The notes beneath the pieces are model-generated. The model did not search any database and was not told the DNA's origin. It worked only from the letters and a program-made list of their open reading frames with translations. A program made the translations under genes and the position numbers. From positions 1 to 36,144 of IMG/VR virus record IMGVR_UViG_3300037792_000015: 36,144 nt of DNA. The stretch is one strand, 5' to 3'. Shown one piece after another: positions 15,023 through 23,867 of this stretch (the stretch's first letter is position 1; every line of letters starts with the position of its first letter). Origin of the DNA: a virus. Taxonomy: Duplodnaviria; Caudoviricetes.

Positions 15023-15070
15023 GGGTCCTTCCGGGGTCGAAAGTGTATGTGGGTCGGCAAGCCCGATACG
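15023..15070 (+). other. Candidate cos site (cosQ-like plus cosN-like dyad)
   Basis: GGGTCCT at 15023-15029 equals the lambda cosQ heptamer; then imperfect dyad GTAT-GT-GGG-TCGGCAAG-CCC-G-ATAC; directly upstream of terS. Confidence 0.6.
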
Positions 15071-15080
15071 TTCACGCCAC

Positions 15081-15138
15081 TTAACCAAGAGGGAAGCCTT
15101 AACGGCGCGGGGTTAACCTCGCCGCCGCCCCTTAACGG
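15081..15138. repeat. Four TTAAC-core repeats upstream of terS (cosB R-site-like)
   Basis: TTAAC at 15081, 15099, 15113, 15132; CCTTAACGG occurs twice. Confidence 0.6.
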
Positions 15139-15140
15139 AC

Positions 15141-15782
15141 ATGACCATGATCAACTCGACACAACTGGCAAATCAGCTCGGCGTGTCGAAGGCGCGAGTC
15201 AGCCAATATGTCAGCGAGGGCAAGCTGGCCGGGTGTTTCACTGGCGACGGCCGGTCGCGCCGGTTCGACCTTGCCAAATGCGCTGATGCTCTTGGCAAGC
15301 GCCTCGATCCCGGCCAACTGATGGGCAACGGTGCCGCGACCAAAGCGGCGCTGACGAAGATCCAGCACGATGACACGCCCAAGGTTGCACCACTCACGGA
15401 GCCAAGGCGATCAGGCGGAAACGGGGCCGAGTCCATTCCCGGCTCGGACCCCGACCGCTACGAGCTGGCCCGCATCCAGAAGGCCGAAGAGGAAGCCCGC
15501 AAACTTCGCCGGCAGAACGCCGAGGCCGAGGGTCAGTATGTGCTGGCCAGCGAGGCGGCGCAGATCACCACAAGGATGATCGCTCAAGAGATCGCCGAGT
15601 TCGAGACGGTGCTGCGCGATGGCGCCCGAGTGATCGCGGACAAGCTCGGCGTGGATTTCAAGACTGCACGGCAGCACCTGGTCGAGACGTGGCGCACCCA
15701 CCGCGCCGGTCGGGCGGAGGCGCTGACCGTGCAGGCCGATGCGGCCGAGCTGACAGACGCTGAGGCGGAAGAGAACATCTGA
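15141..15782 (+). CDS. terS: Terminase small subunit (Nu1-like)
   Basis: N-terminal winged HTH (QLANQLGVSKARVSQYV..G), coiled coil ...AEGQYV; TGATG coupling to terL. Confidence 0.85.
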   Translation: MTMINSTQLANQLGVSKARVSQYVSEGKLAGCFTGDGRSRRFDLAKCADALGKRLDPGQLMGNGAATKAALTKIQHDDTPKVAPLTEPRRSGGNGAESIPGSDPDRYELARIQKAEEEARKLRRQNAEAEGQYVLASEAAQITTRMIAQEIAEFETVLRDGARVIADKLGVDFKTARQHLVETWRTHRAGRAEALTVQADAAELTDAEAEENI

Positions 15783-17794
15783 TGGGCTTCCTTGCTCCGG
15801 CAGAACGGGTGATCGCGCGGGCGATGGCCGCAGCGATGCTGCCACCGCCGCCGCCTGACATCAGCCGCTGGTGCGAAGATAACATCGTCTTCGATGATCG
15901 GTCGCCGATGCCGGGGCCGTTCTCGATGTCGCGGTTCCCGTTCCTGCGCGAGATCCATGAGGTCTTGTCGCCGGAGCATGCCAGCAGGGAAGTGACGATC
16001 CGAGGCTCCGCCCAGTGGGGCAAGACCGTGTCAATCATCCAGCCGACGCTGGGGCAGTGGTTTGCCTATGGCGCGCTCGACGCGCTGGTGGTGCATCCGA
16101 CGATGTCGGCAGCGACCGAGTGGGTGGATAACAAATGGTTGCCGATGCGTCGGCAGGCTGCGGATCTGCGCCGCGTCTTCGGCGTCGGTTCGGGTGACAA
16201 CAAGGACGCGAAGTTCAACCAGGAGACACAGGCGCGCAATGGCTCGCTGAAAGTCGCCTCGGCTGGATCGCCTGCTGACCTGACCGGCACATCGCGCCGC
16301 TTGGTCATCATGGATGACCTGGCGAAATACGAGATGACCGCGCAGGGCGACCCGGAAGCGCTGGCAGTCAGCCGCGCCTCGGCCTTTGAGGATGCGAAGA
16401 TCCTGCGCGTCTCGACCCCGCTGGTCAGCGGGACGTGCCGCGTCACGCGCGCTTTCCTGCGCTCGGATCAGCGGTTCTACCATGTGCCCTGTCCGCATTG
16501 CGAAAACATGGCGCCGCTGACCTGGGAGAACTTCCGGGCGCGCCTCGACCCCGAGCGGCTTCATGCCGCGCATTTCTCTTGCGAGAGCTGCGGCGGGATC
16601 ATCGAGCATGGCGACAAGGAGAAGATGGTCGCGGCGGGCAAGTGGGTGTCCCACAATCCGAAGGGTGATCACCCCGGTTTCCACCTGTGGCGCGCCTATG
16701 CGCCGCAGCGTGACTGGGCCTCGATCGCGGTTGAATACGCCCAGGTGATGGGCTGGACCTCGACAAACCTGACGCAGGAAAGCGCGGAGACGCTTCGCAA
16801 GGCTGTCGAGGCGGAAACAGAGCAGACGTTCTGGAACGATGTGCTGGGCCTGCCCTATGAGCAGGCCAGCGCGGGTCCAGACTGGCAGGCACTGAGGGAC
16901 AGAGCAGAGAGCGATGAAGCCGAAACCCTGCCGAGGGGAATACTCCCGTCCACGGGTTTCGTCTTCACGGCGGGCGTGGACTGCCAGCAGGACCGGATTG
17001 AGGTTCAGCTGGTGGCGCATGGCCGCAACTATCGCCGCTGGGTGGTGGATTACATCGTGATCCCGCACTCGATCAGCGATCAGGAAGGCCGTGACGCGCT
17101 CGATGCGCTGCTTAAGGCGACGTGGCGGACCCAGACCGGGGCGCGCTTCCCGATCGACATGCTGGCGATCGACAGCGGCAACTGGACCGAGGAAGTCTGG
17201 AGCTGGGGCAAGCGTCACCCTTGGGCGCGCGTGATCCTGGTGAAGGGTGCCTCGACCGCCACCGGGCCGGTGATGGCCCCGCAGCGCTTCGAGCGCCGCA
17301 ACGATGGGCAGGCCAAGCGGGCACAGAAGCGCGCCTTCATGGTGAACGTGTCGCAGCTCAAGGCGGACATCTACGGCTGGCTGCCCAAGGTGGACCCGCT
17401 GGAACGCGGCTTCGTCGGATTCGCCCGCGACATGGGCGATGAATACTACCGGCAGGTGACTGCCGAGGTGCGGGTTCTCAAGCGCGCCCGCAGCGGTGTG
17501 GTGACCAGCTCATGGGAGCTGGCCGAGCCGGGGCGGCGCAACGAAGCCCTCGACACGCTGCTCTATGCCGAGGCAGCGGCCCGCCGGAAAGGCTGGGCCT
17601 CGATGACAGAGCAACAGTGGGATCAACTCGACGCGGAACGGGGCGCAGCTCCGGCAGAACCGCAGGGCGATCTCTTCGACGCAACCGTGCCGGTGGTGGC
17701 TGATGCCAAGCCGGTGAATGACGCAAGCAAGCCGACGCCCAAGCCCAAGACCAAGGGCGGATGGCTCGGCGATGTGAAGGATGATTGGCTGTGA
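15782..17794 (+). CDS. terL: Terminase large subunit, lambda GpA family
   Basis: SAQWGKT Walker A, VIMDD Walker B, GDP..LA..R, VSTP, SDQR.YHVPCPHC, C..CG, GVDCQ.DR, AIDSG, RNEALD. Confidence 0.97.
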   Translation: MGFLAPAERVIARAMAAAMLPPPPPDISRWCEDNIVFDDRSPMPGPFSMSRFPFLREIHEVLSPEHASREVTIRGSAQWGKTVSIIQPTLGQWFAYGALDALVVHPTMSAATEWVDNKWLPMRRQAADLRRVFGVGSGDNKDAKFNQETQARNGSLKVASAGSPADLTGTSRRLVIMDDLAKYEMTAQGDPEALAVSRASAFEDAKILRVSTPLVSGTCRVTRAFLRSDQRFYHVPCPHCENMAPLTWENFRARLDPERLHAAHFSCESCGGIIEHGDKEKMVAAGKWVSHNPKGDHPGFHLWRAYAPQRDWASIAVEYAQVMGWTSTNLTQESAETLRKAVEAETEQTFWNDVLGLPYEQASAGPDWQALRDRAESDEAETLPRGILPSTGFVFTAGVDCQQDRIEVQLVAHGRNYRRWVVDYIVIPHSISDQEGRDALDALLKATWRTQTGARFPIDMLAIDSGNWTEEVWSWGKRHPWARVILVKGASTATGPVMAPQRFERRNDGQAKRAQKRAFMVNVSQLKADIYGWLPKVDPLERGFVGFARDMGDEYYRQVTAEVRVLKRARSGVVTSSWELAEPGRRNEALDTLLYAEAAARRKGWASMTEQQWDQLDAERGAAPAEPQGDLFDATVPVVADAKPVNDASKPTPKPKTKGGWLGDVKDDWL

Positions 17795-17997
17795 GCTACA
17801 CGCAAGCACAGGTGACAGCGCTGAAAAATGCCGTGGCTGCGGGCGTCCGCACCGTCACTACAGATGGCCACAGTGTGACCTATGCCAGCACGTCCGAGAT
17901 GCTGAGGGTGATCTCGGTGATGGAGAAGGAACTGGATGCCAGTGCCGGCCGCAAAAAGTCGCGCCTGACCTATCCCACATTCGAGCGCGGCATCTGA
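17791..17997 (+). CDS. Head-tail joining protein, gpW-like
   Basis: GTG start overlapping the terL stop; YT..Q..AL..A.A.G...V..DG.SVTY.S..EM. Confidence 0.85.
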   Translation: MSYTQAQVTALKNAVAAGVRTVTTDGHSVTYASTSEMLRVISVMEKELDASAGRKKSRLTYPTFERGI

Positions 17998-17998
17998 C

Positions 17999-19441
17999 AT
18001 GAGCCTTCTGGACCGCATCATCGGGGCCTTCTCGCCGGAGGCCGAGGCTCGGCGTGTGCAGTATCGCGCTATGACCGAGACCATCCGCGCTCACTATTCC
18101 GCTGCGGGCTATGGTCGCCGCGCGAAAACGTGGGTGCCTTCTGCATCGGATGCTGACGGGGCATCTCTGCGCCGTCAGCGCCTGGCCCACATCTCACGGG
18201 ATATGCTTCGCAATACGCCCTATGCGGCGCGCGCCCAGCAAGTCATTGCAAACAACGTCGTCGGTGATGGGATCATTCCCAAGGCCATGAGCAAGAACAA
18301 GACACTGCAAAAACGCGCGTTGGAGCTGTTCGAGGCACATCTCGACACTACCGCGATTGATGCAGATGGCTTGAATAACCTCTACGGCCTCCAGCGGATT
18401 GCTATCGGCTCCACTATCTCGGATGGCGAGGTCTTGGTCCGGAAGCGCCGCCGCCGGATCAGCGATGGATTCCCGCTGCCGTTCCAGATCCAGCTTTTTG
18501 AGGCCGACTATATCGACAGTGCTCGGGATGGCAGTGCAGTGAATGGCAACCTGATCCGCGAAGGAATCGAGTTCGACAAGCTCGGCAGGAGGGTGGCCTA
18601 CTATCTGTTCGATCAACATCCGGGTGCGCGCGTGTCATGGAGCCGCACCACCTCTTCCCGCCGAGTTCCGGCAGAGGATATCATCCATCTGTTTCGACAG
18701 GATCGCCCTGGGCAAAACCGTGGAGTGAGCTGGTATGCCGCCACAGCCCTGAACCTTCAGGATCTGGGTGATCATCAGGACGCCCAGCTCATGCGCCAAA
18801 AGATCGCCGCATGTTTTGCGGCTTTCCGCACTTCGCTTGAAGCTGAGCCGGGAGATGATCTAGCTGATGAGATCGCATCGTCGCTGCAACCTGGTGCGAT
18901 CATGTCGCTCGCACCAGGTGAGGATATCCGCTTTGGCACGCCCCCGGGTGTCGATGGTTTCGATGAGTTCACCAAGGTGATCCTGCGCTCCGTCGCTGCG
19001 GGCCTTGGTATCACCTACGAGGCGCTGACCGGCGATCTGTCGAACGTGAACTTCTCCTCAGCGCGGATGGGCCGGATGGAGATGGATCGCAACATATCCA
19101 GCTGGCAGTGGACAATGATGATCCCCCAGTTCCTCGATCGCCTTTCCCAATGGTTCATGGAGGCGTGGATGTTTCAGGAGCAGAACAACCGGATGCTGTC
19201 GCAAGTGCAGATCCGCTGGGTGCCGCCGCACCGCGTTCTGGTGGACCCGACGCGCGAGATCCCGGCGCTTGGCAAAAAGGTCGAGCTTGGTCTGGCCAGC
19301 AGGTCCAGCGTGATCCGTGATCTTGGCTACGATCCGGAACGGGTCATTGAGGAAATCGCGGCAGATGCCGAACAGGAGAAGAAGCTCGGGCTTCGGTTCG
19401 GCACTTCCGTCTATGAGCAGGAGACCACCGAAGATGAATGA
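17999..19441 (+). CDS. Portal protein, lambda family
   Basis: SRDMLRN, VVG.GI.P, DGEVLV, GIEFD..GRRVAY, RPGQ.RG.SW, LTGDLSNVNFSSARMG, VDP.RE. Confidence 0.96.
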   Translation: MSLLDRIIGAFSPEAEARRVQYRAMTETIRAHYSAAGYGRRAKTWVPSASDADGASLRRQRLAHISRDMLRNTPYAARAQQVIANNVVGDGIIPKAMSKNKTLQKRALELFEAHLDTTAIDADGLNNLYGLQRIAIGSTISDGEVLVRKRRRRISDGFPLPFQIQLFEADYIDSARDGSAVNGNLIREGIEFDKLGRRVAYYLFDQHPGARVSWSRTTSSRRVPAEDIIHLFRQDRPGQNRGVSWYAATALNLQDLGDHQDAQLMRQKIAACFAAFRTSLEAEPGDDLADEIASSLQPGAIMSLAPGEDIRFGTPPGVDGFDEFTKVILRSVAAGLGITYEALTGDLSNVNFSSARMGRMEMDRNISSWQWTMMIPQFLDRLSQWFMEAWMFQEQNNRMLSQVQIRWVPPHRVLVDPTREIPALGKKVELGLASRSSVIRDLGYDPERVIEEIAADAEQEKKLGLRFGTSVYEQETTEDE

Positions 19442-21461
19442 AATCACGCTCTATGGCACCGTGGGTGCCTCCTTCTGGGATGAAGACTACTTCACCGCCG
19501 CGCAGGTGCGGGACATGCTCAAAGGCCGCGAGGGGCCGCTGACTGTCCGCATAAACTCGGGGGGCGGAATCGCCACCGAAGGGCAGGCAATCTACACCGC
19601 CTTGAAGGACTATTCCGGCGAGGTCCACATCGTAGTCGATGGTGTTGCAGCATCCGCCGCGTCTCTGATCGCGATGGCGGGCGACAAAATCACCATGCGC
19701 CTCGGCTCATGGATGCTGATCCACGATCCGGCGCAGATGTTTGGCTATGGTCGCGGCACAGCCGAGGATCACCGCGAACTGGCGGTGTTCCTCGACAAGA
19801 TCGGTGACGGCTATGCGCAGGTCTACGCGGCGCGGGCAGGTATCGAACTGGAGGCCGCCCGCGACATCATGCGAGCCGAGACAGTCTATCTCGGCGATGA
19901 GGCCGTGGGCGCAGGTTTCGCCACGGAGTTCGAGGGCAGCCAAGCCGCCGCCGCCGCCTCCTTCGATTACCGGATTTATGCCCATGCGCCGCAAGCGGCG
20001 CGTGACGCATCGAGCGGTCTTGCCTCGCGGCAGGATCAAATGGCCGTCTTGGCCGCAATCGCGGGTTTCCCGCGCCAAAATGGAGAAAAGGCTATGCCTG
20101 ATCCGAAGAACCCGGCAGCGGAAAAACCCACTGCCCAGACCGCGCCCAAGGTTGATGCACCGAACGCGGATCTGAAACCTGATGCGCCTGCACCTGTTGC
20201 CCCGACCATGTCGGCAGTGCAGGTCTCGATGCTGCATGAGATGGCCGTCAAGGCTGGCGTCTCCGGTTCGATCGTGACCGCAGCGATCAAGGATGGCGCA
20301 TCGTTCGAGGATGCTGTCCTGAAACTGAACGCCGCGTGGGTCGATGCTGGCGATTCCCAAGAAATCACCATGCCGGGCCGCCCGACCTCGCGCATCTTGC
20401 GTGATGAGCGCGAGACCACCCGCGCCGCGATGACCGATGCGCTTCACGCGCAGATGTCGAGCACCGCGCAGCCCAGCGATGCCGCGCGCCGTTACATGCA
20501 GCACAGCATCGTGGACATGGCCGCCGAGTGCGTCGACTATCGTGGCCCTGTCCGCACGGCTGGCGATCGCCTGCGTGTGCTGGAAATGGCCAGCCACAGC
20601 ACCAGCGACTTCCCGGCGATCTTCGAGAACGCGCTGAACAAGACCCTGCTGGAGCGTTACAACGTGCAGGAGCCGACCTATCGCTCCATTTCGCGCCGCC
20701 GCGACTTCAACGACTTCCGCCCGCATCCGATGGTGCGCGCGGGTGACTTCCCCAGCATGCAGCCGGTTGCTGAAGGTGGGGAGATCAAGATGGGCACGTT
20801 CGGCGAGAGCCGCGAGACTGCCCTTCTGGGCGCCTACGGCATCGGTCTGACCATCACCCGCCAGATGATGATCAACGATGAGATGGGCGCGATCGAGGGC
20901 GTTCTGGCCGACTATGGCAGCATGATCGCCAACTTCGAGGAAGAAACCTTCTACGCCTTCATGGCGGCGGCGACCTTGGCAGATGGCAATCTTGTATTCC
21001 GCACCCAGCGCGGCAACCTTGCTTCATCCGGATCGGTGATCAGTGTTGACAACGTGGGCAAGGGCAAGGCGTCTGTGAAAAAGCAGACTTCGATCGGTGG
21101 TCAGAAACTCACACTGAACCCGACTATCCTGCTTGTGGGGCCGGACCAAGAATTGGCCGCTGCCAAGATTGTTACAGCGGTGAGCCCGACGCAGGCGACA
21201 GAAGCAAATCCCTATGCTGGTCGTATGTCGGTGCTGGTTTCGGCGCACATCACCGGCAACGAGTGGTATTTGTTCACTCCGCCGGCGCAGCCTGGTGGCG
21301 CGGTCTTCACCTATGGCTTCCTCAACGGTGCCAGCGGTCCCCGCATCCGCACCGATGAACCCTTCGGTCGTCAGGGGATGTCGCTGAGCGTGGAGCACGA
21401 CTTCGGCCTCGGCGCGATCGACTTCCGTGGGGCATGGAAGAACCCCGGCGCAGCCTCCTGA
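19434..21461 (+). CDS. ClpP-like prohead protease / major capsid protein fusion, 675 aa
   Basis: Start ATG 19434; INSGGG, DGVAASAASLIAMAGD, MLIHDP; Pro/Ala-rich linker; HSTSDFP, EGGEIK, ITRQMMIND, DFG.GAIDFRG. Confidence 0.95.
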   Translation: MNEITLYGTVGASFWDEDYFTAAQVRDMLKGREGPLTVRINSGGGIATEGQAIYTALKDYSGEVHIVVDGVAASAASLIAMAGDKITMRLGSWMLIHDPAQMFGYGRGTAEDHRELAVFLDKIGDGYAQVYAARAGIELEAARDIMRAETVYLGDEAVGAGFATEFEGSQAAAAASFDYRIYAHAPQAARDASSGLASRQDQMAVLAAIAGFPRQNGEKAMPDPKNPAAEKPTAQTAPKVDAPNADLKPDAPAPVAPTMSAVQVSMLHEMAVKAGVSGSIVTAAIKDGASFEDAVLKLNAAWVDAGDSQEITMPGRPTSRILRDERETTRAAMTDALHAQMSSTAQPSDAARRYMQHSIVDMAAECVDYRGPVRTAGDRLRVLEMASHSTSDFPAIFENALNKTLLERYNVQEPTYRSISRRRDFNDFRPHPMVRAGDFPSMQPVAEGGEIKMGTFGESRETALLGAYGIGLTITRQMMINDEMGAIEGVLADYGSMIANFEEETFYAFMAAATLADGNLVFRTQRGNLASSGSVISVDNVGKGKASVKKQTSIGGQKLTLNPTILLVGPDQELAAAKIVTAVSPTQATEANPYAGRMSVLVSAHITGNEWYLFTPPAQPGGAVFTYGFLNGASGPRIRTDEPFGRQGMSLSVEHDFGLGAIDFRGAWKNPGAAS

Positions 21462-21462
21462 T

Positions 21463-21545
21463 GATCTGATGGCGCTGACGTAAGGTCGGCGCTGTCATCT
21501 CACGATCTGATGGCGTGGGCATAGCGCCCGCGCCGCATCCTTTTC
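21463..21545 (+). terminator. Tandem hairpins after the capsid gene (terminator or mRNA stabiliser)
   Basis: Direct repeat GATCTGATGGCG at 21463 and 21504; 13 bp stem 21467-21497; 9 bp stem 21512-21534 then CCTTTT. Confidence 0.55.
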
Positions 21546-21578
21546 ACGGCCTCCGGGCCATATCGCGGAGATAATGCG

Positions 21579-21932
21579 ATGAAGAACTATACCCAGAAAG
21601 GGGACGTGATCACCGTCCTCGCACCCGCTGACGTGTCGTCGGGCGATGGCGTTGTGGTCGGCTCCATCTTTGGTGTCGCTGTGACCGATGCCAACAGTGG
21701 CGCAGAGGTCGAGATCGCCCTGACCGGCGTTTACACGCTGCCCAAGACAGACTCGCAGGAGTGGACGGTCGGCGCTCTGATCTATTGGGATGCGACCGCT
21801 GGCGAGGCCACCACTGTCTCCGGCACGACCGGCGATGATTATCCGCTGATCGGTGTGGCCGCTGCTGCTGTCGCCGTGACCGCTGGCCTGATCACGGGCA
21901 GCGTTCGCCTGAACGGCTCCTTCACCGTCTGA
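21579..21932 (+). CDS. DUF2190 family capsid cement/decoration protein
   Basis: MKNY.Q.G..IT..AP..V.SG..V..G..FGVA ... GVY.LPK ... G..IYWD ... VRLNG. Confidence 0.9.
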   Translation: MKNYTQKGDVITVLAPADVSSGDGVVVGSIFGVAVTDANSGAEVEIALTGVYTLPKTDSQEWTVGALIYWDATAGEATTVSGTTGDDYPLIGVAAAAVAVTAGLITGSVRLNGSFTV

Positions 21933-23089
21933 TGAGCTGGCGCGCTCCGGCTGGCCGCTTCGCCGGTCGGGCCGCGTTCATCCTCGGCGGTGGCCCTTCC
22001 CTCACCGCTGAGGATGTCGATCGCATCCGTGGCCGTGGTGCCGTGATCGCAGTCAACAATGCGGGCCTCGATCTCGCGCCCTGGGCGGATGTGCTGTTCT
22101 TCGCGGATGGCTGGCCGCGCTGGTATGGCTGGAACAAGGATCGGCTCCACGAATTCAAGGGCGAGTTCATCGTCTCTCGGGCCGCTGTCCCACCCTCTGA
22201 TCCGCGCCTGGTGCGGATCGTCCATGAACCAAAGACCGCGCTGTCGCGCAATCCATCCCGTGTGGCGGGCTGGTGCGGCGGATCTTCGGCGATCAACCTC
22301 GCTTACCTGATGGGCGCGCGGGTGATCGTGCTGATGGGCTTCGATATGCGCGGCGGCAACTGGCACGACGATCACAAGGCACCACCCCTGCCGAACGCTC
22401 ACCGGGATCGCTTCATTCCGGCGCTGGAGCGCATGGCCCCAGAACTGGCGGCCGAGGGTGTGCTGGTGCTGAACACAAATTCCCGCAGCGCCCTGCGCTG
22501 CTTCCCCTTCACCGATCTTGAGGAACTGCTAACCGTGGATAATCTCGCCGAGATCGAGGCCGACAAATACCGCAGGATCTGGGAGCGGGCCGAATACCGC
22601 AAGATCAGCCCCGGCATGATGGAAGCCGAGCGCGCTTTCACGCTGCTCTACATGCAGCCTGATCAGACGCTGATCGACTTCGGCGCAGGCACGGGCCGCG
22701 CGACCGCTTGGTTCCGCGATCGTGGCCTCGATGTGCTGGCCGTGGACTTCGCGGATAACGCGCTGGAGACTTCGGTGCCCTTCGTCAATGCCTGCCTCTG
22801 GGATCTGCCCGCGATGTCCGCCGAGTTGGGCTATTGCTGTGATGTGATGGAGCACATCCCGCCCGAGAAGGTCGGCCATGTGCTTGCCGCCATTCGCGCC
22901 CGGATCACCGGCGCCGTCTATTTCCGCATCGCCACGCGGCCCGACAAGATGGGCCAGCTGATCAAGTCCCGGCTGCACCTGACCGTCCAGTCGGGCGAGT
23001 GGTGGCGGCGTCAGCTTGAGGCAAAGTGGGGCATCGTGGATGTGGTCGAGAACAACGGGCGGGATCTGATCGCCATAGCGAGGCCGTGA
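21932..23089 (+). CDS. Fusion of a DUF115/Maf-like (MptE-like) transferase domain and a class I SAM-dependent methyltransferase
   Basis: N-terminal ILGGGPSL, IAVNNA, ADVLFFAD, GGSSAINLAYLMGA..IVLMGFDM, VLNTN..SAL.CFP; C-terminal LIDFGAGTGR, AVDFA, CCDVMEHIP. Confidence 0.82.
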   Translation: MSWRAPAGRFAGRAAFILGGGPSLTAEDVDRIRGRGAVIAVNNAGLDLAPWADVLFFADGWPRWYGWNKDRLHEFKGEFIVSRAAVPPSDPRLVRIVHEPKTALSRNPSRVAGWCGGSSAINLAYLMGARVIVLMGFDMRGGNWHDDHKAPPLPNAHRDRFIPALERMAPELAAEGVLVLNTNSRSALRCFPFTDLEELLTVDNLAEIEADKYRRIWERAEYRKISPGMMEAERAFTLLYMQPDQTLIDFGAGTGRATAWFRDRGLDVLAVDFADNALETSVPFVNACLWDLPAMSAELGYCCDVMEHIPPEKVGHVLAAIRARITGAVYFRIATRPDKMGQLIKSRLHLTVQSGEWWRRQLEAKWGIVDVVENNGRDLIAIARP

Positions 23090-23424
23090 TGGACTTCGAC
23101 AGCCTGGTCAATATGCCGGTGTTCGATCTATTCGGCGTGGATGCAACGATCACCTATGGCGCGGATCAGACGCTTGATCTGCGGGCGGTCGATAAGACCA
23201 GGGGTGTCGAGATCGAGGACCAGAATGTCGGCATCATCTCGACCCGCCCGGTTGCTGCTGTGCGCGCCGCTGAATTGGCCGGCATTGATCTGGCCGACAT
23301 CGAGGACGGCACGATCACGCTGAACGGTGTGACCTGGCGCATCAAGACTTCAATGGAACGGCCCACGCCCTTCGGCGCGGCTGATGGCCAGATCTGGCTG
23401 ATCCTGATCGGGGGCGGATCATGA
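23089..23424 (+). CDS. Head-tail joining / head closure protein (gpFII-like), 111 aa
   Basis: Start ATG 23089 (TGATG); beta-rich; GT.ITLNG..WRI; position after head genes. Confidence 0.72.
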   Translation: MDFDSLVNMPVFDLFGVDATITYGADQTLDLRAVDKTRGVEIEDQNVGIISTRPVAAVRAAELAGIDLADIEDGTITLNGVTWRIKTSMERPTPFGAADGQIWLILIGGGS

Positions 23425-23852
23425 GCAAGCGCGAGGATATTCTGGCGCGGCTGGTGGTGGTCTGCTCCGGCATCGAGGGCGTAGTGCTGTGTGCCCGCAA
23501 CCGCGATGAGATCAGCGATCGGCAGAAGCCTGCGATCATCATCATGGATGCGGATGAAGCGGCGATCGAGGGCGAGCCGAAAAGACCGGGCCCGCAGATC
23601 ATCAGCATGACGCCGGAGATCTACATCCTGCTGTCGGGCGAGCCTGCAACCGTGGGCACCGAACTGAACGCGATGCGCGCGGCGCTGCTGTCCGCTGTGC
23701 TGAATGACGCAACACTGAGAACCATCACCGGGCCGAATGGTGCGATCCGGTATGAGGGCTGCGCGACGGGACTGTCGCGTGGCAGGTCGATGGAAGGCGA
23801 AATGGGTGTGTCCCTGTCCTTCCAATATCCATTCAACCCGAACAACCTGTAA
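23421..23852 (+). CDS. Tail terminator-like protein
   Basis: MSKREDILA.L ... PAIII.D.DE; directly upstream of the tail tube gene. Confidence 0.65.
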   Translation: MSKREDILARLVVVCSGIEGVVLCARNRDEISDRQKPAIIIMDADEAAIEGEPKRPGPQIISMTPEIYILLSGEPATVGTELNAMRAALLSAVLNDATLRTITGPNGAIRYEGCATGLSRGRSMEGEMGVSLSFQYPFNPNNL

Positions 23853-23867
23853 CGCAAGGAGGCTGTC

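Noticed and set aside
15081-15136. Full CtrA box TTAA-N7-TTAAC
   Set aside because: Gaps between TTAA motifs are 14, 10 and 15 nt; only half-sites are present
14918-15286. 122 aa ORF over the tRNA and cos region
   Set aside because: Overlaps the tRNA, the cos candidate and terS in another frame
21579-21932. RecA/RadA recombinase label often attached to this family
   Set aside because: 117 aa with no Walker motifs; position and pattern fit a DUF2190 capsid-associated protein
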